A DNA stretch of 64,000 nucleotides from Ardenticatenales bacterium (GCA_020853525.1 JADYYS010000067.1:1319-65318), one strand, 5' to 3'. Shown: positions 33,215 through 42,507, counted from the stretch's first letter. Notes: generated from the sequence alone by a model not told the origin. Made by a program: numbers and translations.

Positions 33215-34612
33215 ATGGCTGACATCGCCCCCTCGCCCGTCGTGGAACCACCCCTCCTCGCCGCGGCCGACGCCACCGGCGCCCCGCCCTCCGCACCCAC
33301 GCCTCCGACGTCCCCGACGTCCCCGACCGACGACCTCGTCAGCCATGCGCTGTCCGACGGTTGGCAGGCGCTGCGCCGATCGCCGTCGCGGCTCGTGGCC
33401 TGGCGGCTGGCGACGTGGCTCGTCGAAGGGATCCCGTGGATCTTCTGGGGAGCCGCCTATTACCGCCTCGTCACGGATACGCTCGGCGCGCTGGGCGACG
33501 GGCGGGTCGACGAGGGCTTCTTCCGCGGCGTGGGCCCGGCAGCGCCGCGCCTTGCGGCCGTAGGGCTCGCGCTCTGGGTGATCACCCACCTGGCCCGCGG
33601 CGTCTATACGGCGGTCGCCCTCGACGCGCAGCGGGGCGAGCGGCGTGCGATCGGAGGCTGGTTCAGGCGCCGGTGGCCTGCCCTCATGGGCTGGGGCGTG
33701 CTCGAGGCCGGTCTGGTGCTGGCCGTGGCCGCCCTGGCGACGGTGCTCGTGCGGTGGCTGCGCCCCCTCCTGGACGCCGCGTGGTACGCGGCCGGCTTCA
33801 CCGCCGGCGCGGCGACGGCGCAGCCGTCCACGCCCCCGTCCCTGCCGTGGGGCGCCGCAATCGGTCTGTCCGTGTTCACGACGCTCGCGGCGGCGGTGCT
33901 CATCACATTGCCCGTCCTGGCGATCTGGTCGACCTGGGCGCGCCTCCAGCTCGTCCCCTGGCGCCTCGCGGACGATGTCCCCGGGCTCCGGGCCGCCGTT
34001 GCCGACAGCTGGCGCTGGATGCCGGGCCACCGGACGGCGTGGGGGGCGATGTTCGTCGGTTGGGCGGCCGTTTGGACCGCCGCCGTTTGGATCCCCGTCC
34101 TCGGCGCGCTGGCGACATCGCTCCTGGGCTGGAGTTGGACGGCGGCCTTCTACGAACGCGTTCGTGCGGCGTCGCTCGACGTCCGGCCGACTGCGCCCAA
34201 GGCCGTGGCCTCACCCGCGACCGCCGGCCGCGAGCGATGGCCATGGCTGGATGCGGCGCTCGTCGGCGTCGCCGCCGCGTGGACCCCGGTTGCCTGCGCC
34301 ACGGTCGCCGCCATCGTGTCGGGCACCGTCTTCCTGACCCGCGCGGCCACGCATGGCAAGGAGCTGCCGCACGCCATCGGTTTGCCGGCCGTTCTCCTGG
34401 CGACCTCGCTCCCCGTTGCGGCCATCGCTTGCGGCGCGATTCTGTGGCGCTGCTTCGGCCGCTCGGCCGTGTGGCCGGGCCGCGTGGGTTGGTCGCGCAA
34501 TCGCGTGGTTACCGGGCTGGTCGTGTTGATCGTGGGGCTGGAGGTGGGGTACGCGGTCTATGTCTGGGGGGGCGCGGTGGCGGGGTGGATGGGGGAGGCG
34601 GGGATGATTTGA
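33215..34612 (+). CDS. Polytopic membrane protein, function unknown, Trp/Ala-rich (466 aa)
   Basis: Many hydrophobic helices are present (WLVEGIPWIFWGAAYY, LAAVGLALWVITHL ...). I recognised no family. The start is chosen at MADIAPSP (33215) after a TGGAG motif. Confidence 0.5.
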   Translation: MADIAPSPVVEPPLLAAADATGAPPSAPTPPTSPTSPTDDLVSHALSDGWQALRRSPSRLVAWRLATWLVEGIPWIFWGAAYYRLVTDTLGALGDGRVDEGFFRGVGPAAPRLAAVGLALWVITHLARGVYTAVALDAQRGERRAIGGWFRRRWPALMGWGVLEAGLVLAVAALATVLVRWLRPLLDAAWYAAGFTAGAATAQPSTPPSLPWGAAIGLSVFTTLAAAVLITLPVLAIWSTWARLQLVPWRLADDVPGLRAAVADSWRWMPGHRTAWGAMFVGWAAVWTAAVWIPVLGALATSLLGWSWTAAFYERVRAASLDVRPTAPKAVASPATAGRERWPWLDAALVGVAAAWTPVACATVAAIVSGTVFLTRAATHGKELPHAIGLPAVLLATSLPVAAIACGAILWRCFGRSAVWPGRVGWSRNRVVTGLVVLIVGLEVGYAVYVWGGAVAGWMGEAGMI

Positions 34613-34684
34613 TGGCGATTCGACGTGATCGGACCGCGTGGGATTTCGCGTGGCGGGCGTAGGGGCGAAGCAATTGCTTCGCCC

Positions 34685-36733
34685 CTACAGGTACGCCTTG
34701 ACCTGTTCCGCGGCGCGGCGGGTCATCCCATGCACCGCCGCGATGTCGTCGATGCTGGCCATGCGGATGTGCTCGAGCGAGCCGAAGTGGGTCAGGAGCG
34801 CGCGGCGGCGCTTCGGGCCGATGCCGGGGATCTCGTCCAGGGTGCTGCGCAGGCCGCTGTCCTGGCGGAGCTTGCGGTTGTACGTGATCGCGAATCGGTG
34901 CGCCTCGTCGCGGGCGCGCTGGACGAGGAACAGCGCCTGGCTCTCGCGCGGGAGGTAGACCGAGCCCTTCTGGCCCGGGCGGTACAGCTCCTCGTGGCGC
35001 TTGGCGAGCGAGGCGAGCGGGAGATCGTCCAACCCGAGTTCCTGGAGCACCTTCACCGCGACGCCGAGCTGACCTTTGCCGCCGTCGACGAGGATGAGGT
35101 CGGGCTCGCGCTCGAACGCGCCGCGGGCAGCGTCGGCGCGGGTGAGCGTGTCGGCGCCGTCGGCGAGGGCGATGTCGGCAACCGCGTCGTCGGGCGCGAC
35201 GTCGATGGCAGCCGCATCGTCAGGCGCAATGTCGACGATGACCGCGACGCCAACGTCGCCGGCGGGTGCGGTCTCGACAGGGCGAGCGTCGACGACCTCC
35301 GGCAGCGCGGAATCGACTCCTTCGACCGCCCCCCCGTCCCGCGCCGCCCGCGCCGCCGCCAGCCGCCGGAAGCGGCGCGTGAGCATCTCGCCCATCGCCG
35401 CGAAGTCGTCGCCGCCGCCCGTCTCCTTCATCCGGAAGTGGCGGTAGTCGGCGCGGTAGGGGACGGCGTCCTCGAAGACGACCATCGAGCCGACGGTGTG
35501 CGTGCCCTGCAGGTTCGAGATGTCGTAGCACTCGATCCGGCGCGGCGGGCGGGGTAGGCCGAGGGCGTCCTGGAGCTCGGCGATGGCACGGCGGGCGACG
35601 TCCGTCTTGCTCTCGAGGGCATGCGCCACCCGCAGGGCGCGCAGCGTCTCGTGCGCGTTGTCGACGGCGACGTTCACGAGGTCGCGCTTGTGGCCGCGCT
35701 GCGGGACGTGGAGCTTGACCTTCGTGCCCCGCTTCTCGCCCAGCCAGCGCTCGATGATCTCGGACTCCACCAGATGCTCGGGCACGACGATCTCGCCCGG
35801 CACCTGCGGCCCGCTGTCGTAGAACTGCTGGATGAACTGGGCCAGGACGGTCTCGTCCGGCTCGTCGCCCGTGCCCTCGAGCGGGAAGTGCTCGCTGCCC
35901 ATCAGCTTGCCGTTGCGCACGAAGAACACCTGGGCGATCGCCGAGCCGTCCTCGCGCGCCACCGCGATGACGTCCTGGTCGGCCAGCGTCGGGGCGATCA
36001 CGCGCTGGCGCTCGATGAGCTGTTCGATCGCGCTGATCCGGTCCCGCAGCCGCGCCGCCTGCTCGAACTCGAGCGCCGCCGCGTGGGTGCGCATCCGCCC
36101 CGCCAGGTCGTCGACGACCTCGGCCGTGTGGCCCTCGAGGAAGCGGCACAGGCGGGCGATCATCGCCCGGTACTCGTCCTTCGTGACGGCGCCGATGCAC
36201 GGGGCGAGGCACAGGCCGATGTCGTGGAACAGGCAGGCGCGCGGGTCCTTGCCCGTGATCTCGCGGTCGCAATCGAGGTACGGGAAGACCTTGCGCAGCG
36301 CGGCGATCGTGTCCCGCATGGACTGCACGGAGACGTACGGTCCGAAGTAGCGCGCGCCGTCGTCCAACACACGGCGCGTCGAGACGATCGTCGGGAAGGC
36401 GTCGCGGAGCGTCACCTTGAGGTACGGGTAGCGCTTGTCGTCCTTGAGTAGGATGTTGTAGTGCGGCCGGTGGCGCTTGATCAGGTTCATCTCGAGGAGG
36501 AGCGCCTCGAGATCGGATGCCGTGATCGTCCACTCGATGTGGGCAATCCTGCTCACGAGCCGGATCGTCTTGCCGCTGTGCGCTGCGCTCTGTTGGAAGT
36601 ACGACCGCACGCGGCTGCGCAGGTTGACGGCCTTGCCGACGTAGAGCAGGCCGCCGTCGGCGTCGTAGTACCGGTAGACGCCGGGTTTGGTGGGGAGGGC
36701 ATCGAGGAGGGGTTTCAGGTCGGGGCGGGTCAT
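34685..36733 (-). CDS. uvrC: Excinuclease ABC subunit C
   Basis: The GIY-YIG N-terminus reads GVYRYYDADGGLLYVGKAVNLRSRVRSYF. The UvrBC-interaction region and the C-terminal RNaseH-like/HhH region are present (GIGPKRRRALLTHFGSLEHIRMASIDDI). The start is at MTRPDLKPLLDALP. Confidence 0.95.
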   Translation of the reverse strand: MTRPDLKPLLDALPTKPGVYRYYDADGGLLYVGKAVNLRSRVRSYFQQSAAHSGKTIRLVSRIAHIEWTITASDLEALLLEMNLIKRHRPHYNILLKDDKRYPYLKVTLRDAFPTIVSTRRVLDDGARYFGPYVSVQSMRDTIAALRKVFPYLDCDREITGKDPRACLFHDIGLCLAPCIGAVTKDEYRAMIARLCRFLEGHTAEVVDDLAGRMRTHAAALEFEQAARLRDRISAIEQLIERQRVIAPTLADQDVIAVAREDGSAIAQVFFVRNGKLMGSEHFPLEGTGDEPDETVLAQFIQQFYDSGPQVPGEIVVPEHLVESEIIERWLGEKRGTKVKLHVPQRGHKRDLVNVAVDNAHETLRALRVAHALESKTDVARRAIAELQDALGLPRPPRRIECYDISNLQGTHTVGSMVVFEDAVPYRADYRHFRMKETGGGDDFAAMGEMLTRRFRRLAAARAARDGGAVEGVDSALPEVVDARPVETAPAGDVGVAVIVDIAPDDAAAIDVAPDDAVADIALADGADTLTRADAARGAFEREPDLILVDGGKGQLGVAVKVLQELGLDDLPLASLAKRHEELYRPGQKGSVYLPRESQALFLVQRARDEAHRFAITYNRKLRQDSGLRSTLDEIPGIGPKRRRALLTHFGSLEHIRMASIDDIAAVHGMTRRAAEQVKAYL

Positions 36734-36850
36734 CGACCGATTATATTGTGGGGCGACGTCATTGTGCGGCGATGCTCCGGGGCCACGGGCGCGGCGGGCC
36801 CTCACCCCGGCTTCGCCTGAACGGGCGAAGCCGGGGTGAGGGCCTCCCCA

Positions 36851-37294
36851 CTACGGTGTAACCTCGACCTCGACGCTCGTCATCACCGACGGCGAAAGCG
36901 TCATGTGTGCGCCATCGGCCACGATGGCCGTCAGCGTGTGCGTGCCGGCTGTGAGCTCGACGTCCTTGCAGGCCGCGCCGTCGCCCATGTGGATGTGCGT
37001 GTCGTCCGTCGGGATCACGGATCCGGCCATCTCATACGCGGCCAGCTCCTCCTCGGACGCGTCGACGACGATGTGGTGGTGCCCGGAGCCCGGCTTCACG
37101 GCGCCCTTCGGCTCGATCGTGATGTCCACCGCGGACAAGCAGATGTTGACGGGGCTCGTGACTTTGTCGCCGTCCTTGAGGGTATCGAACTGCACGCTTG
37201 CCGCCGTATCGTCGGCGCCGCCCTCGGTTCCCGTGCAGGCCGCCGCGGTCAGGCCGACCGCGCCCATCGCCAGGATCATGACCCAGGTTCGCAT
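36851..37294 (-). CDS. Small lipoprotein, DUF4399-like
   Basis: The lipobox LTAAAC follows MRTWVMILAMGAV. The His-rich segment GSGHHHIVVD is present. A GAGGAG Shine-Dalgarno-like motif sits 8 nt upstream of the 37294 ATG. Confidence 0.6.
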   Translation of the reverse strand: MRTWVMILAMGAVGLTAAACTGTEGGADDTAASVQFDTLKDGDKVTSPVNICLSAVDITIEPKGAVKPGSGHHHIVVDASEEELAAYEMAGSVIPTDDTHIHMGDGAACKDVELTAGTHTLTAIVADGAHMTLSPSVMTSVEVEVTP

Positions 37295-37483
37295 CGCGCA
37301 ACTCCTCTGGTGGTCGCCATCGGCCGATTGTCCGGCCGGTCGCTGCAACGGGACGAAGGCCGGCCCGTCGGCGGCGGAGTATACGTGCGGCCATGAAGGG
37401 ACCGCCAGTCGAATGCAGCCGCCGTCGCAGGCGTCGAGGTTTGGCGTGCCGAGGCGACCTTCGGTATACTCCTGCGTCTGTTC

Positions 37484-37557
37484 GGGCGGTTAGCTCAGTT
37501 GGCTAGAGCGCCACGTTGACATCGTGGAGGTCACAAGTTCGAGTCTTGTACCGCCCA
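37484..37557 (+). tRNA. tRNA-Val (anticodon GAC)
   Basis: It folds manually into a cloverleaf: acceptor GGGCGGT/ACCGCCC, D-arm GCTC..GAGC, anticodon stem CCACG/CGTGG with loop TTGACAT, and T-arm ACAAG-TTCGAGT-CTTGT. There is no encoded CCA. Confidence 0.85.
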
Positions 37558-37574
37558 CTCTGCCTCGGCACGAT

Positions 37575-37612
37575 GAGCCCCCTCGCCCTGAAGAGCGTGG
37601 GGGCTTTTCGTT
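37575..37612 (+). terminator. Stem-loop plus U-tract (GAGCCCCC..GGGGGCTTTTCG) downstream of tRNA-Val
   Basis: The G/C-rich stem followed by TTTTCGTTCG is read from the sequence. Confidence 0.4.
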
Positions 37613-37660
37613 CGTAGTCGGCGTGCGCGTCGCCGGCCCGAACACGCGGGAGGTTCGATC

Positions 37661-39538
37661 ATGTCCGAGTCCGACCTGTCCGATCGCCTATACCGCCTGC
37701 GCCACTCGATGGCCCACGTCATGGCCCAGGCGGTGCGCGACCTCCACCCCGACGTCCGCTTCGCGATCGGCCCCCCGATCGACGACGGCTTCTACTACGA
37801 CTTCGATCTCGGCGCGGGCCCCGACGGCCGCCCCACGACGTTCTCGCCCGACGACCTGGCGGCCATCGAGAAGCGGATGCGGCAGATCATCGCCGGCAAG
37901 CACCCGTTCCAGTATCGGGAGGTGTCCGCCGATGAAGCGCGCACGCTGTTCGCCGGCCAGCCGTACAAGCTCGAGCTGATCGAGGGGCTGACGAAGGGCG
38001 ACGTCGACGAGTACGGCGTCGAGCGCGACGAGGTCGACGTCGACGGGGCATCAGGGGGCGCGGGGGATGCCGCGCGGGCCGGCGCGGCTGCCGTCGTGAT
38101 CTCGACCTATCGTCAGGATGCCTTCGAGGATCTCTGCAAGGGCCCGCACGTGGAGCACACGGGCCAGCTGCCGGCGGACGCCTTCAAGCTGCTGTCGGTG
38201 GCCGGCGCGTACTGGCGGGGCGACGAGCACAGGCCGATGCTCCAGCGGATCTACGGCACGGCCTGGCTGAACAAGAAGGACCTCGCGGCGCACCTGCTGA
38301 TGCTCGAGGAGGCCACGAAGCGCGACCACCGCAAGCTCGGCCGCGAGCTCGACATCTTCACGTTCGACGACGAGGTCGGGCCGGGGCTGCCGCTGTGGCT
38401 GCCGAACGGCGGGATCCTCATCGAGGAGATCGAGCGGCTGGCCAAGGAGACGGAGCTGAGGCACGGCTACCAGCGCGTCCGGACGCCCAACCTGGCCAAG
38501 GAGGACCTCTTCCTCCACTCCGGCCACCTGCCCTACTACGCCGACGGCATGTACCCGCCGATGGAGCTCGAGGGCGTTCGCTACTACGTCAAGCCGATGA
38601 ACTGCCCGATGCACCACAAGATCTTCGCCAGCCGCCCGCGCAGCTACCGCGACCTGCCGCTCCGGCTGGCCGAGTACGGGACGTGCTACCGCTTCGAGAA
38701 GAGCGGCGAGCTGATCGGCCTGCTGCGCGTGCGCTCGCTCCAGATGAACGACGCCCACATCTACTGCTCGGCCGAGCAGTTCGAAGCCGAGTTCCTGGAC
38801 GTCATCGCGATGTACCTCGAGTACTTCGCGCTCTTCGGCATCGAGCGCTACGTCATGCGCTTCAGCAGGCACCACAAGCGCGGGCTCGGCAAGAAGTACG
38901 TCGACAACGCGCCGCTGTGGCTGCACACCGAGGACATGGTCCGCCAGGCGATGCACAGCGGCAACATCCCGTTCGTCGAGGTGCCGGACGAGGCGGCGTT
39001 CTACGGGCCCAAGATCGACGTCCAGATCTGGAGCGCCACGGGCCGCGAGTTCACGCTCGCCACGAACCAGGTCGACTTCGCCCAGCCCGAGCGCTTCGAC
39101 CTCACGTACACGTCGGCCGGCGGCGGCGCCGAGCGGCCGCTGTGCATCCACCGCGCACCGCTCGGCACGCACGAGCGGCTGATCGGCTTCCTGATCGAGC
39201 ACTACGCCGGCGCCTTCCCGGTCTGGCTGGCGCCCGAACAGGCGCGCGTGATCCCGATCACCGAGGATCACAACGGCTATGCGGAGCGCGTCGCCGCCGA
39301 GCTGCGGGCCGCCGGACTGCGCGCTTCCGCCGACCTGGGCGCGGACCGGATGAACGCCAAGATCCGCGACGCCCAGCTCAAGAAGGTGCCCTATATGCTG
39401 GTCGTCGGCGACCAGGAGATGGCGGACGACACGGTGGCGATTCGCCGGCGGGACGGCACGCGCGGCGAGCCGGTGGCGGTAGGCGCGTTCGCGGCCGACG
39501 TCGTCGAGCGGGTGCGGGTTCGCGCGGCGACGCTGTGA
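37661..39538 (+). CDS. thrS: Threonyl-tRNA synthetase (short form lacking the N-terminal TGS extension)
   Basis: The editing-domain motif HSMAHVMAQAV and class II motifs are present. Other characteristic segments are FDDEVGPGLPLWLPNGG and CPMHHKIFASRPRSYRDLPLRLAEYGTCYRFE. The anticodon-binding C-terminus is present. A GGGAGG Shine-Dalgarno-like motif precedes the ATG. Confidence 0.95.
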   Translation: MSESDLSDRLYRLRHSMAHVMAQAVRDLHPDVRFAIGPPIDDGFYYDFDLGAGPDGRPTTFSPDDLAAIEKRMRQIIAGKHPFQYREVSADEARTLFAGQPYKLELIEGLTKGDVDEYGVERDEVDVDGASGGAGDAARAGAAAVVISTYRQDAFEDLCKGPHVEHTGQLPADAFKLLSVAGAYWRGDEHRPMLQRIYGTAWLNKKDLAAHLLMLEEATKRDHRKLGRELDIFTFDDEVGPGLPLWLPNGGILIEEIERLAKETELRHGYQRVRTPNLAKEDLFLHSGHLPYYADGMYPPMELEGVRYYVKPMNCPMHHKIFASRPRSYRDLPLRLAEYGTCYRFEKSGELIGLLRVRSLQMNDAHIYCSAEQFEAEFLDVIAMYLEYFALFGIERYVMRFSRHHKRGLGKKYVDNAPLWLHTEDMVRQAMHSGNIPFVEVPDEAAFYGPKIDVQIWSATGREFTLATNQVDFAQPERFDLTYTSAGGGAERPLCIHRAPLGTHERLIGFLIEHYAGAFPVWLAPEQARVIPITEDHNGYAERVAAELRAAGLRASADLGADRMNAKIRDAQLKKVPYMLVVGDQEMADDTVAIRRRDGTRGEPVAVGAFAADVVERVRVRAATL

Positions 39539-39643
39539 CCGACGGGCGGGGGATGGGATGGGGATCGGGGGGGCGTCGGTCGGGGTCGTGGGTCGGCGTG
39601 ATGGGAGGGGGATCGGGGCAGGCACGGGGGCCTGCTCCTACAG

Positions 39644-39673
39644 TTGACGGGGCGGGCGGGGCGTCGTTATACT
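39644..39673 (+). promoter_or_regulatory. Sigma-70-like promoter candidate for infC-rpmI-rplT (TTGACG -N18- TATACT)
   Basis: The -35 element TTGACG is at 39644-39649 and the -10 element TATACT is at 39668-39673. This is an AT-richer patch in a GC-rich intergenic region. Confidence 0.4.
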
Positions 39674-39784
39674 TGAGGGCCGTTGCGTCCCCGTCGGCGT
39701 GGCCACGCCCGTCGGGCGATGCAACCATTTTGTGTGTTAGGCGATTTCGCCGCCCCGGGTCCTTGACCACAGCGAGGTGCAGCA

Positions 39785-40594
39785 ATCAGCAGAGGACAGC
39801 CCGAACCGCCGCCACAGCTCAAGCAACGGATCAACGAGGCCATCACGACCTCGCACGTGCGCTTGATCGGTCCCGCCGGTGAGCAGATCGGCGTCGTTCC
39901 CATGCGGGAGGCGCTGAACATGGCCCGCGAAGCGGGGCTCGACTTGGTCGAGGTTGCGGCCGGAGCTGATCCTCCGGTGTGCAAGATTCTCGACCACGGC
40001 AAGTGGCAGTACGTTCAGATGAAGAAGCAGCGCGAAGCGCGCAAGATGCAGAAGGTCGTCGAGATTAAGGAGATCCGGCTCCGGCCGAAGACCCACGAAC
40101 ACGACACCGGCGTCAAGATCAAGCGCGCGATCAAGTTCCTCGAGGAAGGGATGAAGGTCAAGGTCCGGATCCAGTTCCGAGGCCGCGAGATCACCCACCC
40201 CGAGATAGCGCTCGAGCTGCTGACCGAAGTCGCTGAACAGTTGGCGGTTGCAGGGGAAGTCGAACAACAACCCAGCCTCGAGGGGCGTTCGATGCTGATG
40301 GTCGTCGGGCCGCGGCGGGATGCCGGGAAGACGGACGGACGACCGGTGCGAACCACGCCCGTGCGCCTCGTCGCGCCGCCCATGCCGGCCGTCGAAGCGC
40401 CGGCCCCGCGCGGCGGCGCAGGCAAGGGAGCCAAGGCGGCCGGCCCGGTCGCGACGGAGGCCGGATCCGAAGCCGCCGCTGAGGCGGCGCCGGAAGCGGA
40501 GGCCGTTGCGGATGGTCGGACGGCGGCGGAGCCCATCCCTGCGGCCCCGGCCGCGGCGAAGGACGGAGAGGTCGGCCCGGCCGACGGCGAGTGA
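39785..40594 (+). CDS. infC: Translation initiation factor IF-3 with a probable non-AUG (ATC) start and an ~85-aa Ala/Gly/Glu-rich C-terminal extension
   Basis: The protein ..RINEAITTSHVRLIGPAGEQIGVVPMREALNMAREAGLDLVEV..PPVCKILDHGKWQY.. aligns with IF3 from its N-terminal region. The IF3-like reading frame is open upstream only to 39767 and contains no in-frame ATG. An ATC at 39785 is preceded by GAGGTG at 5-nt spacing. The track's GTG start at 39857 would truncate the conserved N-domain. Confidence 0.8.
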   Translation: MSRGQPEPPPQLKQRINEAITTSHVRLIGPAGEQIGVVPMREALNMAREAGLDLVEVAAGADPPVCKILDHGKWQYVQMKKQREARKMQKVVEIKEIRLRPKTHEHDTGVKIKRAIKFLEEGMKVKVRIQFRGREITHPEIALELLTEVAEQLAVAGEVEQQPSLEGRSMLMVVGPRRDAGKTDGRPVRTTPVRLVAPPMPAVEAPAPRGGAGKGAKAAGPVATEAGSEAAAEAAPEAEAVADGRTAAEPIPAAPAAAKDGEVGPADGE

Positions 40595-40746
40595 GCGTCG
40601 GCGCACAACAGCGCCGAACGACGGAATAGCGGAATCGGCTTTCGGCTTGGCGGCGACGCCTTGTCCGGCAACGATAGCAACGAGATCGATCGCCATCGCG
40701 TCGCCGCACGTTCGGGCTGCGCGATGTGGCAAGCAGGAGGGGTCCG

Positions 40747-40956
40747 ATGCCCAAGATGAAGACGCACAAGTCGACGAAGCGCCGCTTCAAGGTGACCGGC
40801 ACCGGCAAGCTCATGCGCACGAAGATCGGCAAGAGCCACCTCCGTCGCAAGAAGCCGTCGCGCACGCGGCGGCTGTTCGACGAGTACTTGGTGGTCACCG
40901 ACAAGGCAACGATCAAGCGAGTCCGGCGCTTGGCGCCGATTCTCTGGAAGCGGTAA
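40747..40956 (+). CDS. rpmI: 50S ribosomal protein L35
   Basis: The protein starts MPKMKTHKSTKRRFKVTGTGKLMRTK... An AGGAGG Shine-Dalgarno-like motif lies at 40733-40738. Confidence 0.9.
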   Translation: MPKMKTHKSTKRRFKVTGTGKLMRTKIGKSHLRRKKPSRTRRLFDEYLVVTDKATIKRVRRLAPILWKR

Positions 40957-40968
40957 GAGGAGCTTACG

Positions 40969-41616
40969 ATGGCCCGCGTTAAGGGAGGGATCGTCACTTC
41001 ACGTCGCCACCGCAAGATCTTGCGGATGGCCCGTGGGTACCAACAGGGGCGGCATCGCCTGTTCCGCCGCGCCAACGAGGCGGTCACCAAGGCGCTCGAG
41101 CACGCCTACGTCGACCGCCGCAAGCGCAAGCGCGACTTCCGCAAGCTCTGGATCCAGCGCATCAACGCTGCAGCCCGGATGTACGGATACAGCTACAGTG
41201 CGTTCATCCACGGCCTGAGCGTCGCCGGCATCCAGATGGATCGCAAGATGCTCGCCGACGTGGCCGCGCGCGACATCACCGCGTTCGGGACGATCGTCGA
41301 AGCCGTCAAGGCTGCGGGCATTGCGCCGAACCACGTGCCGACCGCCACGACCGGCGAGTTGGCACCGGTGACGCCGCAGGTCCACAAGCCGGCGAAGGCG
41401 CCCCGCGCGGCGCGCGTGGCTGCGGCCACGGTTGCGGCAGCGGCCGATGCCGAAGGCGCGGCCTCGTTCGACGAGACTGCGGCGTCCGCCGAGATGACGT
41501 CGGTGGACGCCGAGCCGGAACGCGTCGCGGACGCGATCGTCGATGGCGTCGGTGACGCCGAGGGCGACACGGTGGACGCTGCGTCGGGCGACGACGGGGC
41601 AGACGCGGCGAGCTGA
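40969..41616 (+). CDS. rplT: 50S ribosomal protein L20 with an ~95-aa Ala/Asp/Glu-rich C-terminal extension
   Basis: The protein starts [60 protein letters not shown]. It is then followed by a low-complexity tail. Confidence 0.9.
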   Translation: MARVKGGIVTSRRHRKILRMARGYQQGRHRLFRRANEAVTKALEHAYVDRRKRKRDFRKLWIQRINAAARMYGYSYSAFIHGLSVAGIQMDRKMLADVAARDITAFGTIVEAVKAAGIAPNHVPTATTGELAPVTPQVHKPAKAPRAARVAAATVAAAADAEGAASFDETAASAEMTSVDAEPERVADAIVDGVGDAEGDTVDAASGDDGADAAS

Positions 41617-41742
41617 GCCGCCGGCAGACCGCGCGGGGACTCTGCAGCCCCTGACGCAAGAACGCCGTCGCGTGTGATGTGCGGGTACGGATCTGTCGAA
41701 AGCGGATCCGAAACCGGGTCTGTGGGGATCAGTTGGAATTGG

Positions 41743-41779
41743 AGGGGCGCCCAAGTCTGGGCGCCCCTTCTTTCGTTGC
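41743..41779 (+). terminator. Rho-independent terminator after rplT (AGGGGCGCCCA-agtc-TGGGCGCCCCT + TCTTTCGTT)
   Basis: The perfect 11-bp stem followed by a T-rich tract is read from the sequence. Confidence 0.6.
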
Positions 41780-41934
41780 TTTCGTCGGCCCGGACGCGCG
41801 GGTGCGACCCGCACCGGCGCACCGTCGTATACTCCGCCCGGCGTCGCGATCTGCCGCGACGCATCACCGTCCCCACCCCAAGGAGGTCGAGCGATCCGGC
41901 CACCGCCCGGCGGCGCGCCCGGATCGCGGTTGTC

Positions 41935-42507
41935 ATGAACGCACTCTGGATTGCGATTGCCCTGTTCGCCGTGGCTGTCCTGGTCTACTTCGTTCTGTAC
42001 AACGGCCTGATCCGCCGCCGGAACAACGTCGACCAATCGCTCTCGACCGTCGACGTCATGCTCAAGAAGCGATTCGACCTGATCCCGAACCTCGTCGCCG
42101 CGGTCGAGGCGTACATGGGGCACGAGAAGAGCACGTTGACGGAGCTGACCGCGCTGCGGACGCGCGCCCTGTCCGGTGATCTGACCGACGTGGAGCGCGC
42201 CGACCTCGACCGCAAGGTCAGCGGGGCGCTCGGACAGCTGCGGGTGGCCGTCGAGGCCTACCCGGACCTCAAGGCAAGCGCCAACTTCGTCCAGCTGCAG
42301 GGTGCCTTGAACGAGGTCGAGGAGCAGCTGTCGGCGGCGCGGCGGGCATACAATGCGGCGGTGACGGTGTTCAACACGGCCATCCAGACCGTACCCGGCA
42401 ACCTCATCGCCGGGACGATGGGGCTGACCCAGCGCCCGCTCTTCGAGGCGAACGACGCCGAGCGCGCGAACGTCGACGTCGGCGCGCTCTTCAGCGGCGG
42501 CGCATGA
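41935..42507 (+). CDS. LemA-family membrane protein
   Basis: It has an N-terminal TM segment (MNALWIAIALFAVAVLVYFVLYNGLIRRRN) followed by the LemA core (MLKKRFDLIPNLVAAVEAYMGHEKSTLTELTALR..YPDLKA). The start is chosen at the TM segment rather than the track start at 41674. Confidence 0.85.
   Translation: MNALWIAIALFAVAVLVYFVLYNGLIRRRNNVDQSLSTVDVMLKKRFDLIPNLVAAVEAYMGHEKSTLTELTALRTRALSGDLTDVERADLDRKVSGALGQLRVAVEAYPDLKASANFVQLQGALNEVEEQLSAARRAYNAAVTVFNTAIQTVPGNLIAGTMGLTQRPLFEANDAERANVDVGALFSGGA

Noticed and set aside
35220-36533. 437-aa minus-strand ORF in an alternative frame within uvrC, and plus-strand ORFs 35621..36451 and 35832..36350
   Set aside because: The uvrC frame has unambiguous GIY-YIG and UvrC motifs. 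The alternatives are composition artifacts.
38051-39882. Minus-strand 524-aa ORF and plus-strand 495-aa ORF (38395..39882) overlapping thrS
   Set aside because: thrS is clearly encoded by 37661..39538 on the plus strand. The others are out-of-frame or antisense high-GC ORFs.
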